Assembly: GCA_035693765.1 (NCBI GenBank)
Contig: DASSGC010000694.1
Span: 1-42,085 of the forward strand
DNA: 42,085 bases
Source of the DNA: Acidimicrobiales bacterium
GTDB taxonomy: Bacteria > Actinomycetota > Acidimicrobiia > Acidimicrobiales > VFJN01
Direction: 5' to 3'
Shown: one piece after another, positions 18,103 to 29,646 of the stretch
Numbering within the stretch: position 1 is the stretch's first letter
Layout of the letters: the number at the start of each line of letters is the position of its first letter
Position numbers and translations under genes: made by a program
The notes under the pieces: model-generated
What the model was told of the DNA's origin: nothing
Seen by the model: the letters and a program-made list of their open reading frames with translations, nothing else
Database searches by the model: none

Positions 18103-18170
18103 GCCGCACCCCCGCCGCCGGCGCCCCGCCGCCGGCCACACCCCCGCCGCCGGCCACACCCCCGCCGCCG
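18103..18170. repeat. Tandem 18-nt repeat GCCACACCCCCGCCGCCG
   Basis: Two perfect units (18135-18152 and 18153-18170), preceded by one unit with one mismatch (18103-18120) and a 14-nt truncated unit (18121-18134). Confidence 0.8.
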
Positions 18171-18230
18171 GCCGTGCCCGCGGCGCGGGCCCCGGCGCGT
18201 CGCCGGCCCGACGCGGCGGCCCGATCGGCG

Positions 18231-18977
18231 TCAGCCCGCGCGGGCGCGGGGGCGACCGGCCATGCGGGTCAGCGTGCGGGCGTTGCGGACGGCCGCCCCG
18301 CCCGGATCGTTGTTGAAGTAGACGTACGCGTCCGCGTCGCCGGGCGGCCAGGCCGCCGAGATGCGGTCGAGCCAGGAGCGCAGCGCGGCGCGGCCGTAGG
18401 AGGGTCGCGGCGACGCGGTGCCCTCGTGCAGGCGCACGTAGCCCCAGCCCGCGGTGTCCCACAGCGGCCCCTGCGGCCGGCCGCGCCGGTCGGACCACAC
18501 CAGCGCCGCGCCGCGGCGTTCGAGCACGGCCCGCACCTCGCTCGTCCACCACGTCTCGTGCCGGGGCTCGACGGCCACCCGGGCGTCGCCGGGGAAGGCC
18601 CGCAGGCAGGTGTCCAGCACGCCCGCGTCGGCCCGCAGGGTGGGCGGGAGCTGAAGGAGGTAGGGCCCGAGGCGGTCACCCAGCCCGGCCGCCCGGTCGA
18701 CCAGGCGGGCGACCGGCTCGCGAGGGTCGCGCAGCCGCCTGATGTGGGTCAGGTACCGGCTGACCTTCACGGCCATCACGAAGCCGGCCGGCGTCTCCTC
18801 CCGCCACCGGGCGAACACCGACCGCTCGGGCAGGCGGTAGAACGCGTTGTTGACCTCCACGGTCGGGAACTCGTCGGCGTAGCGGGTGAGCCAGGCCCGC
18901 TGCGGCAGGCCCGCGGGGTAGACCACGCCGCGCCAGTCGCGGTATTGCCATCCCGACGTTCCGATACGGAGCGTCAT
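18231..18977 (-). CDS. DUF72 family protein
   Basis: IGTSGWQYRDW, EVNNAFYRLP and YVYFNND are characteristic of DUF72/UPF0759. Confidence 0.88.
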   Translation of the reverse strand: MTLRIGTSGWQYRDWRGVVYPAGLPQRAWLTRYADEFPTVEVNNAFYRLPERSVFARWREETPAGFVMAVKVSRYLTHIRRLRDPREPVARLVDRAAGLGDRLGPYLLQLPPTLRADAGVLDTCLRAFPGDARVAVEPRHETWWTSEVRAVLERRGAALVWSDRRGRPQGPLWDTAGWGYVRLHEGTASPRPSYGRAALRSWLDRISAAWPPGDADAYVYFNNDPGGAAVRNARTLTRMAGRPRARAG

Positions 18978-19025
18978 GGCACCGGTGTACCCCGCGGCCG
19001 CCGACTCGACCCGGCTCTATTACGA

Positions 19026-19053
19026 ATGACACCATGACACAAGCACATGTCTT
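19026..19053. promoter_or_regulatory. Candidate operator in the AT-richer DUF72/TetR divergent region
   Basis: ATGACAC appears twice (19026-19032, 19034-19040), followed by AAGCACATGTCTT (a near-palindrome around ACATGT). It lies in a locally low-GC stretch between divergent genes. Confidence 0.35.
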
Positions 19054-19161
19054 AAACTCTCAGTTGCACGCAGCGAACCGGGGGGCGACAGGAATGGCGC
19101 ACGCCGGGATGTCCCGTGCCTCCGATCCCCCAGTCCGACGGGAAGGAACGACGAGCGGGCG

Positions 19162-19860
19162 ATGAGCACGAGCGTCCAGAACGAGACACGCGACCTGATC
19201 ATCCGCGCAGCCGAGGAGCTCTTCGCCACCCGAGGCATCGACGGCGTCTCGCTGCGCGAGATCAACCGGGCCGCCGGGCAGAGCAACACCGGCGCCGTCC
19301 AATACCACTTCGGCGACCGCGACGGCCTGGTGCGGGCGCTCATCGACAAGCACCGCCGCGACAGCGAGCCCCGCCGCCACGCCCTCCTCGACCAGTACGA
19401 GGAGGCCGGGCAGGACGACCTGCGGGCGCTGGCGGCCGCGCTGGTGTCGCCCTTGGCCGCCAAGCTGTCCGACCCCGACGGCGGACGCCACTACCTCCAG
19501 GTGTCGGCCGAGTTCTACAGCCGGCCACCCCGCCACGGGAAGCGCACGCCGATCCTCGGGCCCGACGACAGCATCCTGCGTTGGCACCGCCTGCTCAACC
19601 CGCTCGTGCCGGCCGAGGAGCGGGCGGTGCTCCACACCCGCTACCCCGCCATCCGCTTCGCGTTCGTCGAGCTGGCCCGCCGGGCCGCCGCCGACCCCCG
19701 CGAGGACGACCGGCTGTTCACCAGCCACCTCACCGACCTCGTCACCGCGCTGCTGGCCTCGCAGTCGTCGCCGCAGACCCAGCGCCTCCTGGCGCTGCGG
19801 CAGCAGGCCGAGGGCGGGGGCCACGGCAGGGGCCACGGCGGGGGCCACGGCGGGGGCTGA
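19162..19860 (+). CDS. TetR family transcriptional regulator with Gly/His-rich C-terminal tail
   Basis: HTH VSLREINRAAGQSNTGAVQYHFGDRDGL. The tail AEGGGHGRGHGGGHGGG is encoded by a 12-nt tandem repeat (19813-19860). Confidence 0.88.
   Translation: MSTSVQNETRDLIIRAAEELFATRGIDGVSLREINRAAGQSNTGAVQYHFGDRDGLVRALIDKHRRDSEPRRHALLDQYEEAGQDDLRALAAALVSPLAAKLSDPDGGRHYLQVSAEFYSRPPRHGKRTPILGPDDSILRWHRLLNPLVPAEERAVLHTRYPAIRFAFVELARRAAADPREDDRLFTSHLTDLVTALLASQSSPQTQRLLALRQQAEGGGHGRGHGGGHGGG
19813..19860 (+). repeat. 12-nt tandem repeat (GGCGGGGGCCAC x4, degenerate) encoding the TetR tail
   Basis: Units at 19813, 19825, 19837 and 19849. The last unit contains the stop codon. Confidence 0.85.
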
Positions 19861-19954
19861 GCCGGCCACCGTCGCCCTGGCACGCCCGCGCACCTACCAC
19901 CCGGTAACGCAGTCCGCCCCATCGCGCCGGGATCGGTAGCCTGTGCCTTCACCT

Positions 19955-23434
<3,480 letters not shown>

Positions 23435-23453
23435 CCGGCCGCGGCGACGGACC

Positions 23454-23924
23454 ATGAGCGTCGAACCGCCCCGTCCGACCGCCGAACGGGTCCGGCACGT
23501 GCTTGCCCGCCTGGCCACCGACGTCGACCTGTGGGTCGCCACGGCTGCGCCGGACGGGACGCCGCACCTCGTCCCGCTGTCGTTCCTGTGGCACGGCGAG
23601 CGCATCTGGCTGGCCACCGCCGAGCACAGCCCGACGGTGGGGAACCTGCGGGCCGGCCGCCGCGACGGCAGGGGTGCGCCGGTGCGCCTCGCGCTCGACG
23701 GGGTGCGTGACGTCGTGGCGATCGAGGGCCTCGCCGATCTCGTCGCGAGCACGGAGGTCGACCCCGCGGTCGCCGACGCCTACGTCCCCCACTGCGGGTG
23801 GGACCCGCGCGGCGACCCGCAGAACACGTGGGTCGTGGTCACGCCGGCGACCGTGCGCAGCTGGCGGGAGGCGAACGAGCTGCCCGGCCGGGTCGTCATG
23901 CGCGACGGCGCCTGGCTGACCTGA
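23454..23924 (+). CDS. Pyridoxamine 5'-phosphate oxidase-like (PPOX/F420-type split-barrel) protein
   Basis: LWVATAAPDGTPHLVPLSFLWHGERIWLAT matches the family core. About 156 aa. Confidence 0.65.
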   Translation: MSVEPPRPTAERVRHVLARLATDVDLWVATAAPDGTPHLVPLSFLWHGERIWLATAEHSPTVGNLRAGRRDGRGAPVRLALDGVRDVVAIEGLADLVASTEVDPAVADAYVPHCGWDPRGDPQNTWVVVTPATVRSWREANELPGRVVMRDGAWLT

Positions 23925-23978
23925 CCCCACCGGCGGGCCCGGCGGGGCCCGCACGGCGGGCGGCGGGCGGCGGGCGGC

Positions 23979-26900
23979 TCAGTGCACGGTGATCAGGTCG
24001 ACCTCCTCGGTCGTGCCGAGCACCAGCGGGGTGGTCATCGAGGTCGTCACGGGCCGCTCCCCGGGGATCGTGCCGCGGAGCGTGAAGCTCCACGTCGCCG
24101 TGCCGCCGGGCTGGTTCTCCGTGCTGGTGACCCGGAGGTCGGTGGTGGGCAGGCCGGGCTCGTTGTCGCCGCCGCTGCCGGTGGCGTTCTCGGCCCCGAC
24201 GTTGAACGGCTGGCCGTTGGGATCGGCCGGCAGGGCCGCGGGGTCGTAGGCGTAGGTGACGTCCTGGGTGCCGTCGATGCCGATCCACACCTGGAAGTGG
24301 CGGTTGCTGGTGGTACCGAAGACGTTCACCTGCCACTCGACGACGAGCCAGCTGTTGACCCCGTCGGTCAGGGTGGTGGCCAGGATCCCGGGCGCCCCGG
24401 TGCCGTCGAGGTCGGTCCAGAACGGGGCCAGCACGTTGTTGGGGCGGGCCGGGTCGGGGAAGGTCTGGGGCAGGAAGTCGTTGTCGCCGGCCACGCCGCC
24501 CCCGACGACGATGTAGCCGTTGCTGTCGACGCCGATGCGCGACCAGGTGGCGTCGTCGTAGACGAAGTCGGGCACGTTGAAGTTGAGGATCTCCTCGTCG
24601 CCGACGGGGATGGGCGCGACCCCGAACAGGTCGAGCGGGATGAAGCCGCCCGGCGACGTGCCGGGAGCGACGCTGGGTGTCGACTCCTCGCCGCCGGGCA
24701 GGTCGGCGGTCACCTCGAGGTTGCGAGGGTCGACCTGGGTGGCCCCCGTGACCGACACGAACCGCAGGCCGCGCCCGATCACGGTGTGGGCGGTCATGGT
24801 CGTGTCCTGGGTGGTGCCGTTGGCGACCGTGACCGTGCAGTCCGACGTCCCGTCCGGCCTCGTGATCGTGGTCGGCGTGCAGGTCTGGTCGAGGGTGACG
24901 GCGCCTTCCGTGCGGAAGAACGCGACCGGCAGGTGGGCGTCGACCGCGCTGGCGCGCCGGTCGAGGACGATCTCGCCGAAGTACTGGCCGTCGGCCAGGC
25001 CCGGGCCGGAGATCGTGATCGTCAGGGTCACGCTGGCCCCGGGCGCCACCGAGAAGTTCCTGGGGCTGACCGAGATGGTCGCCCCCGGCGGCGCCGTGGT
25101 CCCGACGCGGTAGCCCAGCGTCCGGGAGGTCACGTTGGTGGCCACCCGGGTGGTCGTGATCGTGCCCGGCATCGTGGTGGCGTTGACCGTCGGCGTGTTG
25201 GCGTCGATGCGGTGCAGCGGGTCGGCGGCGGTGGCGGCCAGGTCGGCGGCCGTGGCGTCGAAGGTCAGGCCGGGGGTGCCGGCCCGGTCGAGGGCGATGC
25301 GGCCGCCACCCATGTCGAACGGGTCGGCCGGCGTGACCTTGTCGTCCTTGACCACCGCGGTGGTGGCCGTCGTGGTGAGGGCCGACTTGATCTGCCCGGG
25401 GGTCCAGTCCGGGTGCAGCGCGGCCACGAGGGCGCCGGCCCCGGCGACGTGGGGCGCGGCCATCGAGGTGCCGGCGATGGCCTGGTAGAGCTCGCCGGGC
25501 GGCCCGCCGGCCGGCGAGTCGGGCGTGGGCGTGTTGCCCGCCAGGATCTGGACGCCGGGGGCGGCCACGTCGGGCTTGAGCCAGTCGCCGCCGGGTCCCC
25601 GGGACGAGAAGTTGGCGATCACGTCGCCCTGGCCGGCGACCGGCGCGCCCGCCGTGAAGCCGGCGGTGGTGCCGGGGTTGGCGGCGAGGAACGCGGCGAG
25701 CGTGGCCCCCTCGGGGGCGTCGAGGTGGACGGTCGGCAGGAAGTGGTTGTCGGTCAGGGTGTCGGCCGGCGTCGGGTTGACGAGCAGCATCCCGGCGGCG
25801 CCGCCGGCCAGGACGTTCAGACCCTTGACGGCCCGGCCGGGGCCCCGCTGGCACACGACGATCTTGCCGGTGAACAACCCGGCGGGCGCCGGAGCCAGGC
25901 AGAGCGGGTCGGCGTAGGGCGGGTCGGCGGCGGACACGACGGGCAGCGGCGAGGCGATGCCCGGGGTGATGCTGGCGCCCGCGACCGTGGCGGTGGCGCC
26001 GGCGGCGCCGGTCAGGGTGACGGTCGACTGGAAGGCCCGCTGCTGGGTCGACGCCGCCACGGTCGTCACCCAGGGGCTGCGGTGGTTGACGGTGTCGGGC
26101 CCGGGGCCCTCGTTGCCGGCCGAGGCCGACACGAACACCCCGGCGGCGTACGCGTCGAGGAAGGCCAGCTCGACGGGGTCGCCGAAGGGGCTGTTGCCGC
26201 CCGAGATCGAGAAGTTGATCACGTCGACGCCGTCGACGATGGCCTGGGCGACGGCGCGCACCGAGTCGGAGGGGAAGCACCCCTCGAGCCCGCACACCTT
26301 GTAGGCCATCACGTGGGCACCGGGGGCGATGCCGTGGATGGCGCCCCGGTCGATGCCGAAGATCGACGCGGCCGCCTCGCTGCCGGCGGCGGTGGTGGCG
26401 GTGTGGGTGCCGTGGCCGTTGGAGTCGCGGGCGCTGTCGGGGTACACCTCGCCGCCGAAGACCGCGTTGTAGGTGTCGAGGAACGGCTGGCCGCCGATCA
26501 GCTTGTCGTTGCAGGCGAACACGTCGGGCGCGGGGGTGAGGGGATTGTCGCCGAAGTCGCAGACCCGGGGCGTGCCGCCCGGGGTGGGCGGTGGTGCCGG
26601 CAGCGTGCCCGTGTCGGCCAGGCTGGGATGCTCCGGCCACGCGCCGCTGTCGAGGACGCCCACGATCACCCCGGCCCCGGCGTTCGCCGGGGTGGCGCCG
26701 AGCTGGTCGTAGAGGGTGGGCGCGCCGATGAAGGCCGGGCTCGCATCGGTGTCGGGCTGCTCGGGGGTGTCGGGCTGGACGGCGGCGACGCCGGGGAGGG
26801 AGAGCAGCGTCTCGATCTGGTCGCCGGGGACCTCGGCGGGCACGCCGCCGTAGACGACCCGGAGCGGATCGCCGGTCGCGGCGGCCGGCACCTCGGATGC

Positions 26901-27341
26901 GAGGGCGTCGAGGAACTCGGTCTCGACCTGCTCGATGTAGCCCTCGTAGCTGCGGGCTGCGGGCGCGTCGAGATCGAGCGCCTCGCCGGTGACCTCGGGG
27001 CTGGTGGCGGGCAGGCCGGCGATGTCGCCCTTGTACGCGGCCAGCGCGTCGTAGTCGAGCTTGACGACGACCGGCACCGGGTCGGGCGAGTCGAGGCCGA
27101 GCAGCGCCGGGTCGGTCTCGGCGAGGCGGCCGCTGTCGGACTTGGCGCCCTCGACCCTGTCGGACGGCGTCAGCTCGGCGACCGGGCTGAAGCCGGCGCC
27201 GGGCTCCTCCTGCGCGCCGGCGGGGGGTGCCGCACCGGCGATGCCCAGCAGGGAGATCGCCAGCGCGCTGGTCACCAGCACCTGCCGGCGGCGCGGCCGC
27301 CGACCCCAACCGGACGATGCGGACGTCCGCCAGTGGCTCAT
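23979..27341 (-). CDS. Secreted subtilisin-like serine protease (S8) with I9 propeptide, PA insert and long C-terminal extension
   Basis: ATG 27341 is preceded by GAAGGAG 7 nt upstream. Signal peptide ...LLGIAGAAPPAGAQE. Catalytic triad motifs GVLDSG, HGTHTATTAAG and GTSMAAPHVAG. The PA-like insert is around KIVVCQRG. Confidence 0.92.
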   Translation of the reverse strand: MSHWRTSASSGWGRRPRRRQVLVTSALAISLLGIAGAAPPAGAQEEPGAGFSPVAELTPSDRVEGAKSDSGRLAETDPALLGLDSPDPVPVVVKLDYDALAAYKGDIAGLPATSPEVTGEALDLDAPAARSYEGYIEQVETEFLDALASEVPAAATGDPLRVVYGGVPAEVPGDQIETLLSLPGVAAVQPDTPEQPDTDASPAFIGAPTLYDQLGATPANAGAGVIVGVLDSGAWPEHPSLADTGTLPAPPPTPGGTPRVCDFGDNPLTPAPDVFACNDKLIGGQPFLDTYNAVFGGEVYPDSARDSNGHGTHTATTAAGSEAAASIFGIDRGAIHGIAPGAHVMAYKVCGLEGCFPSDSVRAVAQAIVDGVDVINFSISGGNSPFGDPVELAFLDAYAAGVFVSASAGNEGPGPDTVNHRSPWVTTVAASTQQRAFQSTVTLTGAAGATATVAGASITPGIASPLPVVSAADPPYADPLCLAPAPAGLFTGKIVVCQRGPGRAVKGLNVLAGGAAGMLLVNPTPADTLTDNHFLPTVHLDAPEGATLAAFLAANPGTTAGFTAGAPVAGQGDVIANFSSRGPGGDWLKPDVAAPGVQILAGNTPTPDSPAGGPPGELYQAIAGTSMAAPHVAGAGALVAALHPDWTPGQIKSALTTTATTAVVKDDKVTPADPFDMGGGRIALDRAGTPGLTFDATAADLAATAADPLHRIDANTPTVNATTMPGTITTTRVATNVTSRTLGYRVGTTAPPGATISVSPRNFSVAPGASVTLTITISGPGLADGQYFGEIVLDRRASAVDAHLPVAFFRTEGAVTLDQTCTPTTITRPDGTSDCTVTVANGTTQDTTMTAHTVIGRGLRFVSVTGATQVDPRNLEVTADLPGGEESTPSVAPGTSPGGFIPLDLFGVAPIPVGDEEILNFNVPDFVYDDATWSRIGVDSNGYIVVGGGVAGDNDFLPQTFPDPARPNNVLAPFWTDLDGTGAPGILATTLTDGVNSWLVVEWQVNVFGTTSNRHFQVWIGIDGTQDVTYAYDPAALPADPNGQPFNVGAENATGSGGDNEPGLPTTDLRVTSTENQPGGTATWSFTLRGTIPGERPVTTSMTTPLVLGTTEEVDLITVH

Positions 27342-27402
27342 GTCCACGCTCCTTCGCGCTCCCCCACGGGCTCCCGCGTCGCATCGCCGGGAGCCGCCCG
27401 CG

Positions 27403-27431
27403 AGCATGACGGCAGATACGTATCGTGTCAA
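27403..27431 (-). promoter_or_regulatory. Putative promoter of the subtilase gene
   Basis: On the minus strand: TTGACA (complement of 27426-27431), a 17-nt spacer, then CATGCT (complement of 27403-27408). The implied 5' UTR of about 55 nt begins with the hairpin GGCTCCCG/CGGGAGCC (27369-27395). Confidence 0.45.
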
Positions 27432-27446
27432 CGGAACGACGGAACG
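27415..27446. promoter_or_regulatory. Palindrome plus tandem octamer in the divergent control region
   Basis: Perfect 10-bp palindrome GATACGTATC (27415-27424) inside the promoter spacer. ACGGAACG repeated in tandem (27431-27438, 27439-27446). Confidence 0.5.
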
Positions 27447-27568
27447 TGGAGGAGGTCCGGTCTCCTCGGGCGGTGCGCCAACCGGGTCGGCCCCGTCGCG
27501 TCCGGCGCGGCCCTGCCGACCCGGTCCGGGAGCGTGGCCGTAGCATGGTGCCCACCCGGACTTGAGAG

Positions 27569-28045
27569 GTGGGGGTGCCGAGGAGCCGACGACGCCTGAC
27601 ACGCCTGCGGCGGGTGCCGGGGCCGGTCCTCGCCGCCCTGGTGGTGGTGCTGGCGGTGGCGGGGGACGTGACGTATCAGCGTCTCCAGCGCGGGCCGGCG
27701 GCGGTCACCGCCGACCACCGGTGGCCTGCGTCCCTGGACGGCCCGGTGTGGGTGCGGGTCGCGCCGCCCGACGGCGGGGGCCGGACGGTCGCCCTGCGGT
27801 GGGGGCCGTGGCGGCGCGAGGTCCGCCTGCGGGGTGACGAGCCGGTCACCTACGCGCTGACCAAGCGGTCGTCCGCACCCGCCGGCAATGCGGCCCTCAC
27901 CGTCGCCGTCGACCCCGGGGCCGCGATCACGTTCGGTACCGGGCCCCCGCCCGCGGTGGGGGGAGCGATCGTCGACCTCGATGGCGGCTGGCGCGGGGAC
28001 GGCGACGGCTGGCCGCCGCTCGGCGGCCGGGCACCAGCGGGGTGA
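27569..28045 (+). CDS. Hypothetical single-pass membrane protein
   Basis: GTG at 27569. The Arg-rich N-terminus is followed by the TM segment PVLAALVVVLAVAG and a domain of about 110 aa. GC3 is high. The stop overlaps the next start (GTGA at 28042-28045). Confidence 0.55.
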   Translation: MGVPRSRRRLTRLRRVPGPVLAALVVVLAVAGDVTYQRLQRGPAAVTADHRWPASLDGPVWVRVAPPDGGGRTVALRWGPWRREVRLRGDEPVTYALTKRSSAPAGNAALTVAVDPGAAITFGTGPPPAVGGAIVDLDGGWRGDGDGWPPLGGRAPAG

Positions 28046-29646
28046 GGGACATCGGCATCCCGGCTCCGGGCGACCGGGGCCGCCGCTACCGGGCGTGCGA
28101 GGCGCTGCCTGGTTGCGTGAGCTGGATCGTCCTCACCCTTTCGGCCGTGCTGTTCGTGCTCGCGCCGGCCGCGCTGACCGTGGCCGGGGTCGGGCTCCTC
28201 GCCGTCGCCGCGGTCACCGTGACGGCCGGCAACGTGGGCGCGGTGCGCGGCTACCGCACGATGCGCCGCCACGTCGGGCTCCCCTGGTCGCGCCTGCTGG
28301 CCGATCTCGACGACCCGTGCGCCACCGGCCGGGCCGACGATCCCGCCTGGCACCGCGCCAACCTCGCGGCCCGGCGCACCCGGGAGCCGCGCCGGCGGCC
28401 GGGCGACATCGTCCACGCGGTGATCATCGCAACCTGGAACGAGAGCCGGGAGGTGCTGGAGCCGACCGTCCGCGCCGTCCGGGCGGCGGCCCACGACCCC
28501 GCCCGGGTCATCCTCGTCGTGGCCTACGAGGCCCGGGGCGGCCCCGCCACGGAACGTCGAGCCCAGCGCCTGGTGGACGACCACCGGTCGGCCTTCGGGC
28601 ACGTCATGGCCGTGCGACACGACGACCGGCCGGGCGAGTTCCCCGGCAAGGGTGCCAACGTCACGACCGCAGGGCGGGCGCTGGCCGCCCACGTCGCCGC
28701 CGCAGGCATCGACCCCCGGCACGTCGTCGTGACCACCCTCGACGCCGACACCCGGCCCGACCCCAGCTACCTCGCGGCACTCACCTACGCCTACTGCACC
28801 GTCCCCGACCCCGAGCGCGTGTCGTTCCAGCCGATCGCCCTCTACGTGAACAACGCCTGGGACGCGCCGGCCCCGTCGCGGGTGGTGGCCGCCTCCAGCT
28901 CGCTGTGGAACGTGGTCCTCAGCCTGCGCCCGCAACTGATCCGCAACTTCTCCGCCCACGCCCAGGGCCTCCGACCGCTGATCGACATGGACTTCTGGAG
29001 CGTGCGGACCGTCGTCGAGGACGGCCACCACTTCTGGCGCAGCTACTTCCACCACGACGGCCGCTACCGGGTCCACCCGCTGTCGGTGCCGATCTACCAG
29101 GACGCCGTGCTGTCGACCAGCTACGGCCGGACGCTGCATGCGCAGTTCGTCCAGCTCCGCCGGTGGGCGTGGGGCGCATCGGACGTCGCCTACGTGATCG
29201 ACCGGGGCTGGTGCACGCCCAACGCGGTGCCCCGGCGCGACCTGGCGTGGAAGCTCGCCCGGCTGCTCGCCGGGCACGTCGGCTGGGCGACGGCCCCGAT
29301 CGTCCTCACCGTGTCACAGGTCCTGGCGGTGCTGCTGCACGTGGAGCGGTCCGCATCGCCGGCGATGCTGGCCACGGTCGGGGCGCTCAAGGCCGTCGCC
29401 CTCGTCGGGCTGGCGATCGGTGTGGCGCTCAGCCTGAAGCTGCTGCCGCCCCGCCCGGGCCGGCACGCGGCCTACCGCTGGACGTTCATGGTGCTGCAGT
29501 GGACGATCCTGCCGGTCACCGGCCTCGTCTACAACGCGGCGGCGGCCCTCACCTCGCAGACCCGGCTGATCGGCGGGTGGTATCTGGAGCGGTTCGACCT
29601 GACCGACAAGGCGGTGGTCACGGAGTCGGGCGCCCGGGTCGTCTAG
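28042..29646 (+). CDS. Membrane-embedded family-2 glycosyltransferase, cellulose-synthase-like (processive type)
   Basis: Two N-terminal and about four C-terminal TM segments. Motifs in order: IIATWNES, GKGANV, TLDADT, VEDGHHF, QLRRWAWG (the D, D, D, QxxRW set). Confidence 0.8.
   Translation: MRDIGIPAPGDRGRRYRACEALPGCVSWIVLTLSAVLFVLAPAALTVAGVGLLAVAAVTVTAGNVGAVRGYRTMRRHVGLPWSRLLADLDDPCATGRADDPAWHRANLAARRTREPRRRPGDIVHAVIIATWNESREVLEPTVRAVRAAAHDPARVILVVAYEARGGPATERRAQRLVDDHRSAFGHVMAVRHDDRPGEFPGKGANVTTAGRALAAHVAAAGIDPRHVVVTTLDADTRPDPSYLAALTYAYCTVPDPERVSFQPIALYVNNAWDAPAPSRVVAASSSLWNVVLSLRPQLIRNFSAHAQGLRPLIDMDFWSVRTVVEDGHHFWRSYFHHDGRYRVHPLSVPIYQDAVLSTSYGRTLHAQFVQLRRWAWGASDVAYVIDRGWCTPNAVPRRDLAWKLARLLAGHVGWATAPIVLTVSQVLAVLLHVERSASPAMLATVGALKAVALVGLAIGVALSLKLLPPRPGRHAAYRWTFMVLQWTILPVTGLVYNAAAALTSQTRLIGGWYLERFDLTDKAVVTESGARVV

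Noticed and set aside
18103-18170. Tandem repeats (18103-18170, 19813-19860, 23955-23978, 30621-30717, 31696-31758, 16339-16380) as possible CRISPR arrays.
   Set aside because: The units are 7-18 nt and directly adjacent, with no unique spacers. Several lie inside coding sequence and encode low-complexity tails. There are no cas genes.
19861-19954. A riboswitch (cobalamin or SAM) in the 94-nt region upstream of metH.
   Set aside because: I could not find a B12-box-like sequence or recognisable SAM-riboswitch helices by eye, and the region is short. Only a covariance-model scan could overturn this.
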